Assembly: GCA_963818095.1 (NCBI GenBank)
Contig: CAWFRA010000024.1
Location: 121,432 to 185,431 of the forward strand
DNA length: 64,000 nt
Origin: an uncultured delta proteobacterium
GTDB taxonomy: Bacteria; Desulfobacterota; Syntrophorhabdia; Syntrophorhabdales; WCHB1-27
Reading direction: 5' to 3'
Position numbers and translations under genes: made by a program. Below are positions 1 to 9,988 of this stretch, one piece after another. Under the pieces are notes generated by a model. That model searched no databases and was not told the DNA's origin. It worked only from the letters and a program-made list of their open reading frames with translations. Each line of letters opens with the position of its first letter. Position 1 is the first letter of the stretch.

Positions 1-17
1 ATGTAGATCGTCGCCAT
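1..17 (-). CDS. nuoG: NADH-quinone oxidoreductase subunit G, first codons only (gene runs off the left edge)
   Basis: Minus-strand ATG at 17..15 reads M-A-T-I-Y, 3 nt after the nuoF stop (21..23). The position fits nuoA-B-CD-E-F-G order. Only 5 codons are visible. Confidence 0.3.
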
Positions 18-20
18 GAC

Positions 21-1322
21 CTATGCTTCCCTGCGTCTGTACGGGCACCTTTTCTCCTCTATGTGGCGGACGAACTCTGCCTTGAAAAGCTTCAACGCGC
101 TCGCGAGCGGCTCTATCGCGCCCGGTGCGAGGGCGCAATAGGTGCGGCCCATCCTGAGCGACGACGTGTGGTCGGCCAGGACCTCCAGGTCTTCAGGCCT
201 CCCTCTGCCTTCCTCGATGTCTCCCAGGATGCGCGCGATCCAGGGCAGGCCGTCACGGCAGGGGGTGCACCAGCCGCACGACTCGCGGGCAAAGAACTGC
301 TCAAGGTTGCGGACCATGCCGATAGGGCAGGTCGCGTCGTCCAGGACGATCATAGTGCCCGTCCCCATGCGGCTGCCCGCCTGTTTTTCCATGACGTCGA
401 AAGTCATGGGCGTATCGAAAAGGTCCGGCAGGACGAACTCCGTCGAGCCGCCGCCGGGTATGACGCCCTTCACTGTGTATCCATCGACCATGCCGCCCGC
501 GTGTTCTTCGAGAAGCTCCCGTATCGTCGTCCCCATCGGCAGCTCCCACCAGCCCGGCCTCTTCACGCGCCCGGAGACCGCGTAGACCTTCGTGCCTCCG
601 TCGTCCGACAGGCTCAGGCCCTTGTACCACTCCGGGCCGTGCCTCACGATATGGGGGACGTTCGCGAGGGTCTCCGCGTTGTTGACTACGGTCGGCTTCC
701 CCCACAGGCCGTTAGTGCCGGGGAAGGGGGGTTTGGCCCTCGGGATAGCCCGCTTGCCTTCGAGGGCGTTGAGCAAGGCCGTCTCTTCTCCGCAGATATA
801 GCGGCCGGCGCTCACGTGGACGTGCATTTCGAGCGCGAAGCGCGAGCGCGCGACGGACGGGCCGAGGTAGCCCGCCTCGTATGCCTCCCTGATGGCTGCG
901 GCGATCCGGCCGCCGGATGCGCCGTAGCCCCATCGCAAAAAGACGTAGGCGGTCTCCGCCTCTATTGCGTAAGCGGCTATGATCATCCCCTCGATCAACT
1001 GGTGGGGGTTGCCCTCCATGAGCACGCGGTCTTTGAAGGCCCCCGGCTCCATCTCGTCCGAGTTGGAAATGAGGAACTTGGGGCGCGGCGCGCCCTCGCC
1101 TATAGGCGTGAAGCCCCATTTGACGCCTGTTGGGAAGCCCGCGCCGCCACGGCCGCGCAGGTTAGCCGCCTTCACAATCTCCTGCACCTCTTTCGGCGTC
1201 ATTTGGCGCAGGACTTTTTTGAGGGCTTCGTAGCCCCCCGTGTTTTCGTATTCGGCGAGGCTCAGGGCCTTTCCGTCCGTCCGCATTGTGCCTGTGAGCG
1301 GCCTTTCCGTGCTGCCCCTCAT
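21..1322 (-). CDS. nuoF: NADH-quinone oxidoreductase subunit F (51 kDa, NADH/FMN-binding)
   Basis: ORF 21..1412 (-) carries GRGGAGFPTGVKW and ESCGWCTPCRDG motifs typical of NuoF. Start moved to ATG 1322, which overlaps the nuoE stop as ATGA. Confidence 0.9.
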   Translation of the reverse strand: MRGSTERPLTGTMRTDGKALSLAEYENTGGYEALKKVLRQMTPKEVQEIVKAANLRGRGGAGFPTGVKWGFTPIGEGAPRPKFLISNSDEMEPGAFKDRVLMEGNPHQLIEGMIIAAYAIEAETAYVFLRWGYGASGGRIAAAIREAYEAGYLGPSVARSRFALEMHVHVSAGRYICGEETALLNALEGKRAIPRAKPPFPGTNGLWGKPTVVNNAETLANVPHIVRHGPEWYKGLSLSDDGGTKVYAVSGRVKRPGWWELPMGTTIRELLEEHAGGMVDGYTVKGVIPGGGSTEFVLPDLFDTPMTFDVMEKQAGSRMGTGTMIVLDDATCPIGMVRNLEQFFARESCGWCTPCRDGLPWIARILGDIEEGRGRPEDLEVLADHTSSLRMGRTYCALAPGAIEPLASALKLFKAEFVRHIEEKRCPYRRREA

Positions 1323-1783
1323 GCGTACCTGCCCAGTATGTCCGCGAGTCCGTCCGGCGACACCGGCCCGTGGAGGTCGGCGTCCACCATAATGGCGGGC
1401 GCCCGGTCGCATGCGCCGATGCAGGAGATCGGCAATAGCGTAAACCGGCCGTCGCCCGTTGTGCCGCCTAAGTCCACGCCCAGATGTTTTTTAAGCGCCT
1501 CCAGCACGGCCTCGTGTCCCATGACCCAGCAGGCGACGCTGTCACAGACGGCGATGACGTGCCTGCCGACCGGCTTCCTGAAAATGAAGGGATAGAACGT
1601 GGCTACAGCATCGAGCTCGTCCGCAGTCATGCCCAGCAAACCGGCTATCTCAGCGATCTCGTCGTCCGGCACCCAGCCGCGTCTCTCCTGCACTGCTTTC
1701 ATCGCCTCAACGCAGCCCGCCCTGCGATGGGGATAGATGCGGACTGCTTCCTCGATTGTTTTTATCTCGTCATCGGTCAGCAT
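1319..1783 (-). CDS. nuoE: NADH-quinone oxidoreductase subunit E (24 kDa, 2Fe-2S)
   Basis: 154-aa ORF with the Cys pattern CDSVAC...CIGACDRAP of the thioredoxin-like 2Fe-2S subunit. Lies between nuoCD and nuoF. Confidence 0.9.
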   Translation of the reverse strand: MLTDDEIKTIEEAVRIYPHRRAGCVEAMKAVQERRGWVPDDEIAEIAGLLGMTADELDAVATFYPFIFRKPVGRHVIAVCDSVACWVMGHEAVLEALKKHLGVDLGGTTGDGRFTLLPISCIGACDRAPAIMVDADLHGPVSPDGLADILGRYA

Positions 1784-1784
1784 A

Positions 1785-3539
1785 TCAGCGGTCGCAGTCT
1801 CCCATTACAAAGTCCAGGCTTCCCAGTATCGCTACGAGGTCCGATATCATTGCCCCCCTGCACAAGAGCGGCACTGCTTGCAGATGGGCGAACGACGGCG
1901 TCCTGATGCGCGTCCTGTACGAGCCTGTCTCGCCGTCGCTCACGAGGTAGTAGCTGCTGTATCCCTTCGGCCCCTCCGTGCCTGCGGTAGCCTCGCCCGG
2001 CGGCACTACCGGCCCCCAGCTTACCTCCAAAAAATGGTGGATGAGCGTCTCTATGTCGCGCGTTGTGCGCTCTTTCAGCGGGGGCGCAGCCCGCGTCTCG
2101 CCTGCCTTGTACGGCCCGGCAGGCATGTTTTCGAGGCACTGTTCGATGATGCGCAGGCTCTGGCGTATCTCCTCGACGCGGACGGCCGCCCTGTCGTAAC
2201 AATCGCCCCGGCTGCGCACAGGTATATCAAAGGTGAACCGCTCGTAGCCTGAGTAAGGCCGTTTCTTCCGGAAGTCCCACTCCATGCCGCACGCCCGCAA
2301 ATTCGGGCCGGTGTAGCCCCATTCAACCGCCTCGTCCAGACTCATCGCGCCGACGCCGATTGTGCGCGCTTTGACGATGCGGTTCTTCATGACAATCGTG
2401 TCGTACTCCTTGAGCCTCTTCGGCATGTATGCGAGGAAGTCCCGCACGAGGCCTTCCCATCCTTTCGGCAGGTCGCCCGCCACGCCGCCGATGCGAAACC
2501 AGATGGGGTGCATCCGGTAGCCGGCAATCGCCTCTATGATCCGAAAGACCGCCTCCCTGTCGTCGAACGTGTAAAAAACGGGGGAAAGCGCGCCCAGGTC
2601 CTGCGCGAACGTGCCGTACCAGACGATATGGCTCGCGATGCGGAAAAGCTCCGCCATCATGACCCTTATCACCTGCGCCCGCTCCGGCGCCTCGATGCCT
2701 GCCAGGCGCTCGACTGCGAGGACGTAGGGTAGCTCGTTCGCTACGCCCGCCAGGTAATCGATGCGGTCCGTGTATGGGATAAAGGTGTGCCATGACTGGC
2801 GCTCGCCCATCTTTTCCGCGCCCCTGTGGTGGTAGCCGATGTCCGGCGCAGCGCCGACGATCTCCTCCCCGTCCAGCTCGAGCATGACGCGGAAGACGCC
2901 GTGCGTGCCCGGATGGTGCGGACCGAAGTTGAGGAACATGAAATCCGTGTCGCGCCTGCTGCGGGTGATGCCGAACGACTCGGGACGCAGCCGCAGGGCC
3001 TCCTGTTCTGCATCCGCCTTGTCTTCGGACAGCTCGAAGGGGCCCATCTCCGTCGCCCTGGCGGGGTGGTCTTTGCGCAAGGGGTGGCCCTCCCAGGTCG
3101 GAGGCATCAGGATGCGCCGCAGGTCCGGGTGACCCGTAAAATCGATGCCGAACATATCGAACGCCTCGCGCTCGTACCAGCCTGCGTTCGGGAAGAGGCG
3201 CACTGCGCTCGGCATGGAGAGAGCGCCTGCGCTAAGGCCCGTTTTTATGCGGACGTCCGCGTTGCGGCCGAAAGACATAAGGTGATAGACGACGGTGAAA
3301 TCACTCTCCTGCGGGCCGGGCTTGTGCGTGCGGGTGCGCTCGTCGATTGCCGTCAGGTCGCAGAGCATGCGGTATGGCTGGTCCGCCTCGTTCTTCAGGT
3401 AAGCGAGTACGTCGCCGGCAGTCCCGGCAGGCGCCCAGAGAGTCGTAAGCCCGTCCTTCGTCGCCTGCGGCGTAAGGGCGCCTTTCCCGAAGCGGCCTTC
3501 CAGTTCTGTTATGACGGGGTCGGGAGCGGTCGCGTTCAT
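1785..3539 (-). CDS. nuoCD: NADH-quinone oxidoreductase fused subunit C/D
   Basis: 584-aa ORF. The N-terminal third is NuoC-like (30 kDa) and the rest is NuoD-like (49 kDa), ending ...[10 protein letters not shown]. Its ATG overlaps the nuoB stop (ATGA at 3536..3539). Confidence 0.9.
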   Translation of the reverse strand: MNATAPDPVITELEGRFGKGALTPQATKDGLTTLWAPAGTAGDVLAYLKNEADQPYRMLCDLTAIDERTRTHKPGPQESDFTVVYHLMSFGRNADVRIKTGLSAGALSMPSAVRLFPNAGWYEREAFDMFGIDFTGHPDLRRILMPPTWEGHPLRKDHPARATEMGPFELSEDKADAEQEALRLRPESFGITRSRRDTDFMFLNFGPHHPGTHGVFRVMLELDGEEIVGAAPDIGYHHRGAEKMGERQSWHTFIPYTDRIDYLAGVANELPYVLAVERLAGIEAPERAQVIRVMMAELFRIASHIVWYGTFAQDLGALSPVFYTFDDREAVFRIIEAIAGYRMHPIWFRIGGVAGDLPKGWEGLVRDFLAYMPKRLKEYDTIVMKNRIVKARTIGVGAMSLDEAVEWGYTGPNLRACGMEWDFRKKRPYSGYERFTFDIPVRSRGDCYDRAAVRVEEIRQSLRIIEQCLENMPAGPYKAGETRAAPPLKERTTRDIETLIHHFLEVSWGPVVPPGEATAGTEGPKGYSSYYLVSDGETGSYRTRIRTPSFAHLQAVPLLCRGAMISDLVAILGSLDFVMGDCDR

Positions 3540-4141
3540 ATCTCGTCGGGCGGGCGTAAACGGCCTTGCGCCCTGCGCGCCGCCCGCGTCATCTCCCTTT
3601 TGGAAGGCATTTCCGCCTTTGAGACGCGCTGGCTCCCCGCGACCCAGCTAAGGGGCCGCTTCTCGCCCTGCACGACCTCGCGGAGCATGAGCAGCCCCTC
3701 CATGAGCGCTTCCGGCCGGGGCGGGCATCCGGGCACGTAGACGTCGACGGGCAGGAAGCTGTCCACCCCCTGCACTACGCTATAGATGTCGTACATGCCG
3801 CCTGAGTTTGCGCAGGCGCCCATCGAGATGACCCAGCGGGGCTCCATCATCTGCTCGTAAAGGCGTTGTATGACGGGCGCGAGTTTTTTAAAGACCGTGC
3901 CTGCGACGATGAGGACGTCCGCCTCGCGCGGGCTTCCCCGGAGCACTTCAGCGCCGAAACGGGCGATGTCGTGCCTGGGCGTGACGCTGGCCGCCATCTC
4001 TATGTAGCAGCAGGATGAGCCGAAATTCAGGGGCCAGAGCGAGTTCTTACGACCCCATGCGACGAGGTCGGAAAGCCGCGAGAGGAGGACGCCGGGTGCG
4101 GCCCCGCTGTCTACGGGGGGCATATTCTTCTTTACATCCAC
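3536..4141 (-). CDS. nuoB: NADH-quinone oxidoreductase subunit B (N2 cluster)
   Basis: 201-aa ORF with [15 protein letters not shown] and PGCPPRPE motifs. Confidence 0.9.
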   Translation of the reverse strand: MDVKKNMPPVDSGAAPGVLLSRLSDLVAWGRKNSLWPLNFGSSCCYIEMAASVTPRHDIARFGAEVLRGSPREADVLIVAGTVFKKLAPVIQRLYEQMMEPRWVISMGACANSGGMYDIYSVVQGVDSFLPVDVYVPGCPPRPEALMEGLLMLREVVQGEKRPLSWVAGSQRVSKAEMPSKREMTRAARRAQGRLRPPDEI

Positions 4142-4153
4142 CCAGGACCTCCT

Positions 4154-4573
4154 TCATATGTGCCTTGTTCCTACGGCCGCCCGCCTTTCGCGTTTTCCGT
4201 AAACGGCCCAGTCGAGGCCGCCCATGCGCCACAGGTAGGCGAGGGCGGCAAGGAGCAGCCCCACGAAAACAGACATCGCGGTAAACCCCGGCCAGCCGGC
4301 CTCGCGCAGCGCGACGGCCCACGCGTAAATGAAGACGCTCTCGACGTCGAATACCACAAAGAACATGGCGATCAGGTAATACTTGACGTCGAAATGTATC
4401 CAGGCCGCGCCTGTCGGCCTGATGCCCGACTCATACGGCTCGCCCGTCTGCGCGTCCATATGGCGTTGGCCGAGGAGATACGACGAGACGACCATGAAGG
4501 CGGCGAGCAGCACGACCGCCGCCGCATAGGCGGCCAGTGGCCATAGCACTGCCTGTGCGCCGTTAGCATCCAT
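4154..4573 (-). CDS. nuoA: NADH-quinone oxidoreductase subunit A
   Basis: 139-aa ORF with three hydrophobic segments. It is the first gene of the nuo cluster. Confidence 0.8.
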   Translation of the reverse strand: MDANGAQAVLWPLAAYAAAVVLLAAFMVVSSYLLGQRHMDAQTGEPYESGIRPTGAAWIHFDVKYYLIAMFFVVFDVESVFIYAWAVALREAGWPGFTAMSVFVGLLLAALAYLWRMGGLDWAVYGKRERRAAVGTRHI

Positions 4574-4585
4574 CAGCTTTCGTTT

Positions 4586-4614
4586 ATTATTGTTCCCACA
4601 GGTTGGTTTGTCAA
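4586..4614 (-). promoter_or_regulatory. sigma70-like promoter candidate for the nuo operon
   Basis: The minus strand reads TTGACA (4614..4609), a 17-nt spacer, then AATAAT (4591..4586). The -10 ends only 12 nt before the nuoA ATG and no SD is visible. Confidence 0.3.
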
Positions 4615-4624
4615 TTTTTTGTGT

Positions 4625-4800
4625 AGGGGGGCCGGGATCTTTTGGCGCCTTTTCCCTGTCTCTCGGGTCCGCGCGTCCTCACGTACTTACGACGTACGCT
4701 CCGGGCGGCGGCCCCTCGATCACGGGAAAATTCATCCAAAATCTCCCGGCCCCGTCACGGACATATTACGTCTAACCGCCCACGGCACCCCTCACCCTAC
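4625..4800. repeat. Intergenic dispersed repeat, copy A (related to 17924..18155)
   Basis: Shares the block AGGGGGGCCGGGATCTT (4625..4641, identical to 17924..17940). Also shares a core CTCGGG..CGCG.GTCCTCACGTAC.TA.GACGTA.GCTCCGG (4662..4704 vs 18003..18043), plus ATCTC.CCGGCC and CCTCACCC blocks. Confidence 0.5.
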
Positions 4801-5013
4801 CCTCTCCCCCAGGGGGCGAGGGGAACAGAAAGAGCAGTATCCCAACTATCGCCATAGCGCGACCCCGCAGCAGGCGCGAGTCCAGCCGCCCAAAGCATTG
4901 GTTTAGTTTTTTTGCTCTTCTTCCGCGATTGAGAATCTGCCCGCGTGCGAGCCTGCCACCCGCCAACCATCCCTTGACAACCGTCGCCTAAAAGCGTTAT
5001 TGTCAATAAGTTC

Positions 5014-5526
5014 ATGGACCGGACGCTGCTTCTTAATACTACGTTCGAGCCTCTCGGCGTGGTTTCGTGGAAAAAGGCGGTTACGCTCCTGTTCCTTGAA
5101 AAGGTCGAGGTAATCCGGGAGTATGACCGTGAGGTGCGTAGCGTCTCTATGCGGGTCCGCCTGCCGGCAGTCGTAAGGCTTCTCACCTTTGTGCGCCCCA
5201 AAAAACTCCGCGTGCGGTTCTCCCGGAAGAACGTCTTCCTCCGCGACAATTACACCTGCCAGTACTGCGGCGAGCGGTTCGATACCAAGCACCTGACGTG
5301 CGACCATATCACGCCCAGGTCGAGGGGCGGCCTGACAGAGTGGTCGAACATCGTAACTTCCTGTATTTACTGCAACCATAGAAAGAGCGACAGGCTCCCG
5401 GAGGAAGCGGGCATGATACCGCTGAAGAAGCCGGGCCGGCCGAGCGGGGTGCATGTGCTCATGCTGGGCCTCGGCGCGGGGGGCTACCCCGATTACTGGA
5501 AGGATTTCGTATTCATGAGGGACTAA
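5014..5526 (+). CDS. HNH endonuclease family protein
   Basis: 170-aa ORF with CQYCG...CDHITPRSRGG...N..TSCIYCNHRK (HNH / Zn-finger pattern). Confidence 0.8.
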   Translation: MDRTLLLNTTFEPLGVVSWKKAVTLLFLEKVEVIREYDREVRSVSMRVRLPAVVRLLTFVRPKKLRVRFSRKNVFLRDNYTCQYCGERFDTKHLTCDHITPRSRGGLTEWSNIVTSCIYCNHRKSDRLPEEAGMIPLKKPGRPSGVHVLMLGLGAGGYPDYWKDFVFMRD

Positions 5527-5528
5527 AG

Positions 5529-6020
5529 ATGAAGAGGATTTGGGCGCCGTGGAGAATGGAATATATCGCTGCCCCGCCTAAGACGGGCAGGCAGGCATGC
5601 TTCCTGTGCATCGAGCCGAAAGACGACGATTCCGCGCTGGTGCTCCTGCGCAAAGGCCTCGCCTTTGCCGTCATGAACCGCTACCCATACGCAAACGGCC
5701 ACGTGATGGTCGTGCCTTGCCGGCACGTCGGCAGCATCGAGGAGATAACCGATGAGGAGACGCTCGATTTGATGGGCCTCGTCCGCATCGTCTCGTCCGC
5801 CCTCCGCCAGTCGTTCGGCGCCCAGGGCCTTAACATAGGGATCAACAATGGCAAGGCGGCAGGCGCCGGCCTCGAAGAACACATCCACATCCACGTCGTC
5901 CCGCGCTGGGTCGGCGACACCAATTTCATGCCCGCTATAGGGGAGACGAAGGTCATCTCCGAGCACCTTTACGAATCATACAGGAAGCTCAAGGAAAAGG
6001 TGCATGAGCTGGTTCTTTGA
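5529..6020 (+). CDS. HIT-family nucleotide hydrolase/transferase
   Basis: 163-aa ORF with the histidine triad HIHIHVVPR and NRYPYANGH. Confidence 0.85.
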   Translation: MKRIWAPWRMEYIAAPPKTGRQACFLCIEPKDDDSALVLLRKGLAFAVMNRYPYANGHVMVVPCRHVGSIEEITDEETLDLMGLVRIVSSALRQSFGAQGLNIGINNGKAAGAGLEEHIHIHVVPRWVGDTNFMPAIGETKVISEHLYESYRKLKEKVHELVL

Positions 6021-6753
6021 CGGCTCCGCGCCCGTACTGACCGCAAAAGACCTGGTCATCGCGTTCACCAATAAGCGTCCGGAAGAATTGCGCCTGCCCA
6101 AAAGGGCGGCGATCGTTTTCACCCCTGCCGACCTTTCCGCGCTCGTCGGCCGCACGGGCGCTGCGCCTGTGGCGGCATGGCTGCCGTTCCGCCGGTTTTA
6201 CAGGACGGCCGGGGGCGGCACGGTGCTGGCGCGCTCAAGCCTGGGCGGGCCTGCCCTGGCGGCACTCGTGGAGGAGCTTGCAGCCTTCGGCGCGGAAGAG
6301 TTCTGCCTGTGGGGCTATTGCGGCGGGATCGGCGGCGGCGTGCGTCCGGGCGACGTCGTCCTTGCGACGGAGGCGGTCCGGGAAGAGGGCACGTCGGCGC
6401 ACTACCTGGAAAGCGACGACAGGGTTGTCGCGTCGGCGTGGGCGGACGAGTGGCGCGCGCAGGCGGATGAAGCGGGGTTTTGCGCAGGGCGCGTGTGGAC
6501 CACCGACGCGATCTACAGGGAGACGGCGGACAAGGTCGCAAGGTATGCGGAAGAAGGCGTGTTAGGCGTGGACATGGAGGCGGCTTCCCTCTACGCGGCG
6601 TGCAGCCACAAGGGGTTGCGGGCCGTCGCGTTCCTGGTGGTGTCGGACCTCGTCGGCGCGGGCGGATGGCAGAACGGGTTTCGCGGGAGCGAGCTGAAGG
6701 CGGGGGCGGGCAGGCTGTGCGAGTTTGTAACGAAGAAGTTCTGCGATTTCTAA
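6004..6753 (+). CDS. Nucleoside phosphorylase family protein (PNP/UDP-1 fold)
   Basis: 249-aa ORF with ...GVDMEAASLYA... and GRVWTTDAIYRET, resembling uridine/purine nucleoside phosphorylases. The start is uncertain (17-nt overlap with the HIT gene). Confidence 0.7.
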   Translation: MSWFFDGSAPVLTAKDLVIAFTNKRPEELRLPKRAAIVFTPADLSALVGRTGAAPVAAWLPFRRFYRTAGGGTVLARSSLGGPALAALVEELAAFGAEEFCLWGYCGGIGGGVRPGDVVLATEAVREEGTSAHYLESDDRVVASAWADEWRAQADEAGFCAGRVWTTDAIYRETADKVARYAEEGVLGVDMEAASLYAACSHKGLRAVAFLVVSDLVGAGGWQNGFRGSELKAGAGRLCEFVTKKFCDF

Positions 6754-6798
6754 CGTAAAAAAGCGAGAAGGCTGAACCAATGCTTTGTGCGGCTTATT

Positions 6799-6828
6799 TT
6801 GACAAAGAAAGTTGTTTATGCATACAAT
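6799..6828 (+). promoter_or_regulatory. sigma70-like promoter candidate upstream of the liv operon
   Basis: TTGACA (6799..6804), 18-nt spacer, TACAAT (6823..6828). Implies a roughly 235-nt leader before the GTG at 7066. Confidence 0.35.
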
Positions 6829-7065
6829 AAAACTTGAGTTTAGTTGTTCGGAACATGTGGGTTCGAAGGTGAAATTCCTGCCTACCGTTTGAATAAACTG
6901 ACTCACCCCAAAATCATCCTGTCGTTCTCATCCTGCATCCGGGCGGAAAGACCGGTTTTTGCCGGCATGATACTGGGTTTTTCGTGGAGGCACGATCCAA
7001 ATTGGGCATAAATGCGGTACTAAGGAATAGATCGGAAGCCATATATCTCGATTAGGGAGGTCCCT

Positions 7066-8206
7066 GTGAAGCTATTAGGTCGTGCTCTGGTAGGCGTGGT
7101 CGTTGGCTTATTTCTTTTGTCGGCCCTCATAACGCCGGCTTTTTCCGCTGCAACCAATACCATCAAGATCGGTTTTGCGTTCAGCATGACCGGCGGCGCG
7201 GCGGTATACGGCGCCAGCCAGAAAGAGGGCGTCCTCCTGGCGGTCGACCAGATCAATGCCGCTGCGGGCAGCGGATTGCAGATCGTCCCCGTCTTCGAGG
7301 ATGACGCATGCGTGCCTCAGCAGGGGACCAACGTATTCAATAAGCTCATTAACGGGGACAAGGTCTCGCTTATCATCGGACCGACCCTCAGCAACACGGC
7401 CAAGATCACCGACCCTATCGCCCAACAGGCGGGCGTGCCGGTGCTGGCCATCAGCAACACCATCTCCGGTATTACCGAAATCGGCAACTACATCTTCCGG
7501 GACTCCCTGACCGAAAACGTGGTCATCCCTCACACCGTCAAGATTGCAAAAGAGAAGCTGGGACTAAAGAAGGTCGCGATGCTGTATGGTAACGATGACG
7601 CGATGACGAAGGCCACCTATGAGGTGTTTAAGAAAGTCCTTCAGTCCTCGGGCATCCAGATACTGGGCGAGCAGACCTTCGCCAAGGGCGACCGCGACTT
7701 TTCGCCGCAGTTGACCCAGATCAAGGCCCAGAACCCTGACGCGATCATCTGCGGCGCCCTGGCAGAAGAAGCCTCCGGGATCATCAGCCAGGCGCGGCAG
7801 CTCGGAATACCGAAGACGGTGCGCATCATAGGCGGCAACGGTCTTAACTCTCCCGGCCTGATCAAGAATGCCGGCGACGCCGCCGAAGGGGTGATCGTGG
7901 GTGCTGCCTGGAACATCTCCTCCAAGGCGCCGTTGAACGTCAAGTTCGTCAACGAATATACGAAGAAGTACAACCGCGCCCCGGACCAGTTTGCGGCCCA
8001 GGCTTACGCCGGCGTGCAGATCGTGTATCAGGCGGCCAAAGCAGCCGGAACGCAGCGATCGAAAGGCGCTTCGCGACTCCCTGGTCAAGGTCAAGAACCT
8101 CGATACCGTGTTGGGCCGTTTCTCTTTTACCGAGGGCCGTGACGCTTCCCACCCCAGCATAGTGCAGGAGATCAAAGGCGGAAAGTTCGTAGTGCTGGGC
8201 AACTAA
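7066..8206 (+). CDS. livK: Branched-chain amino acid ABC transporter substrate-binding protein (apparent frameshift near 8050)
   Basis: Signal peptide plus a Leu/Ile/Val-binding-protein-like sequence. ORF 7066..8142 loses similarity after ...QAAKAAG. The conserved C-terminus (DRKALRDSLVKVKNLDTVLGRFSFTEGRDA...KGGKFVVLGN) continues in the +1 frame (ORF 7991..8206). Confidence 0.8.
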
Positions 8207-8218
8207 GACGAGTAAGCG

Positions 8219-9109
8219 GTGAGCCTGCTTCTTCAACAGTTGGTTAACGGCCTTTTCATAGGCAGCGTGTATGGGCTGTTCGCGGTGGGCTACACCCTGG
8301 TCTTCGGGGTGCTGGATATATTGAACCTGGCCCACGCGGCCATCTTCACCCTCGGCGGCCTGATAGCTTTGTGGCTGGTTCAAAATGCGGGATTATCCAT
8401 CTGGCTTGCATTCCCGCTGGCGACAGTCGCGGCGGGTGTGCTGGGCCTGCTGCTCAACCAGGTGGCTTTTGCCCCCCTGCGCAAGCGCAGCGACAGCCAG
8501 TTCTCCGGACTGATATCGTCCATTGCGATGGCCATTATTTTTGAAGCCTCGGCCCTGGGGCTGTTCGGGGCGAGGTCCGTGCGCTTTCCGGTAGGCACCA
8601 TCGGCACATATACCTGGCAGATCGGGGGAGTAACGATCACCTTGCTGCAGGTGGGAATTGTCTGCGTCGCTGCCTCGCTGATGGTCATCCTCACGCTCGT
8701 CATGGGCCGCACCCGCGTCGGTAAAGCCATCCGCGCAATAGGCGAGAGCGAAAGGGCGGCCATGCTCCTGGGCATCAACGTGAACGGCGTCATTGCATTT
8801 ACCTTTTTTGTCTCTTCGGCACTGGGCGGCGCAGCGGGCATTCTCTTCGGCCTCTACTTCAACAACCTCACGCCGGACATGGGCCGCTCCATCGAGCTGA
8901 AAGGGCTGGCGGTGATCATCCTGGGCGGCATGGGGAGCATCCCCGGCGCGATCCTGGGAGGGCTGGCTTTCGGTCTGAGTGAAGTGCTCACCGTGGCCAT
9001 CACCGGTACGTCCAATCTGCGGGACGCCGTCGCCTTCGCGGTCCTCTTCGCGATCCTTCTGATCCGGCCGTCCGGGCTTCTGGGACGCGGGAAAATAAGG
9101 GAGGCCTAA
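8219..9109 (+). CDS. livH: Branched-chain amino acid ABC transporter permease
   Basis: 296-aa polytopic membrane ORF of LivH type, lying between the binding protein and the second permease. Confidence 0.85.
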   Translation: MSLLLQQLVNGLFIGSVYGLFAVGYTLVFGVLDILNLAHAAIFTLGGLIALWLVQNAGLSIWLAFPLATVAAGVLGLLLNQVAFAPLRKRSDSQFSGLISSIAMAIIFEASALGLFGARSVRFPVGTIGTYTWQIGGVTITLLQVGIVCVAASLMVILTLVMGRTRVGKAIRAIGESERAAMLLGINVNGVIAFTFFVSSALGGAAGILFGLYFNNLTPDMGRSIELKGLAVIILGGMGSIPGAILGGLAFGLSEVLTVAITGTSNLRDAVAFAVLFAILLIRPSGLLGRGKIREA

Positions 9110-9115
9110 AGGCAG

Positions 9116-9988
9116 ATGGAGTACCTCCTTCAGTTCTACGCCATATACGGCAGCCTGATAGCCTTCATCGGCATCAACGCCCTGCTGGCTCTGAGCATGA
9201 ACGTGACCCTTTCAGCGGGCATGCTCTCCCTGGGCAACGCGGCGTTCGCGGCGGTGGGAGGTTACACAGCCGGAATCCTGAGCGTCCATTTCAAGCTCCC
9301 TTATGTAGTCTCTCTCACGGGGGGAGTCTGCACCGCCGGGCTCGTGGGCCTGATTATCGGGTTGCCCGTGCTGCGGCTTCGGGGAGTCTTTCTGGCCATG
9401 GCGACCCTTGCTTTCGGCGAAGTGGTGCGCCTCGCGGCAGTCAATCTGGACATCACCGGCGGAGCCGAGGGCCTGACCGGCATCCCCAATGTTACGAAGA
9501 CCTGGATGATCTATTTAGTCCTGGCCGGGGCAGCCTATTTCATCGCTGTCCTGCGGCATTCGCGTCTGGGGTGGGGGCTGGTCAGCATGCGCGAGGACGA
9601 GACCGCCGCCGGCTCTCTGGGGATCCATATCACCTATTACAAGGTCGTGGCCTTTGTCGTCGGCGCCATGATAGCCGGCCTGGCCGGGGGCATGTATGCC
9701 CATCTGAACTACCTGATTACTCCGCGTGATTTCGGTTTCTTCATCGCCGTAGACCTGCTGATCTACAACATCGTCGGCGGCCTGGGTGTCTGGTACGGCC
9801 CGATCCTCGGGGCGGCTATGCTCACCGCCCTCCCGGAGGTCCTGCGGGGCGTGGGAGTGGCTGCCGGGCCGATCCGCATGGGGATCAACGGGCTTATCCT
9901 GCTCCTGGTGATTCTCTTTCTTCCCAACGGCTTGGCTTCGCTCCTGTCGAGGGGCCGGTCCAGGGCGGCGAAAGCGAGGGCAAGATGA
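9116..9988 (+). CDS. livM: Branched-chain amino acid ABC transporter permease
   Basis: 290-aa polytopic membrane ORF of LivM type. Its stop overlaps the livG start. Confidence 0.85.
   Translation: MEYLLQFYAIYGSLIAFIGINALLALSMNVTLSAGMLSLGNAAFAAVGGYTAGILSVHFKLPYVVSLTGGVCTAGLVGLIIGLPVLRLRGVFLAMATLAFGEVVRLAAVNLDITGGAEGLTGIPNVTKTWMIYLVLAGAAYFIAVLRHSRLGWGLVSMREDETAAGSLGIHITYYKVVAFVVGAMIAGLAGGMYAHLNYLITPRDFGFFIAVDLLIYNIVGGLGVWYGPILGAAMLTALPEVLRGVGVAAGPIRMGINGLILLLVILFLPNGLASLLSRGRSRAAKARAR

Noticed and set aside
63-1595. Very long ORFs antisense to, or overlapping, clear genes. Examples: 63..1595 (+) opposite nuoF, 18760..20163 (+) opposite the AOR gene, 15635..16732 (-) opposite motB, 45210..46046 (-) opposite the methyltransferase, and 49837..50532 (-) opposite the repeat protein.
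   Set aside because: In high-GC DNA the non-coding frames lack stop codons. Their translations are Arg/Pro/Gly/Ala-rich with no motifs, and in every case the opposite strand encodes a strongly recognisable protein.
6855-6875. GGTTCGAA (a tRNA T-loop-like string) in the liv leader region, considered as a possible tRNA or tRNA-like element.
   Set aside because: The flanking bases do not form a T-stem (GTGG versus GGTG are not complementary). No acceptor or anticodon arms could be drawn.
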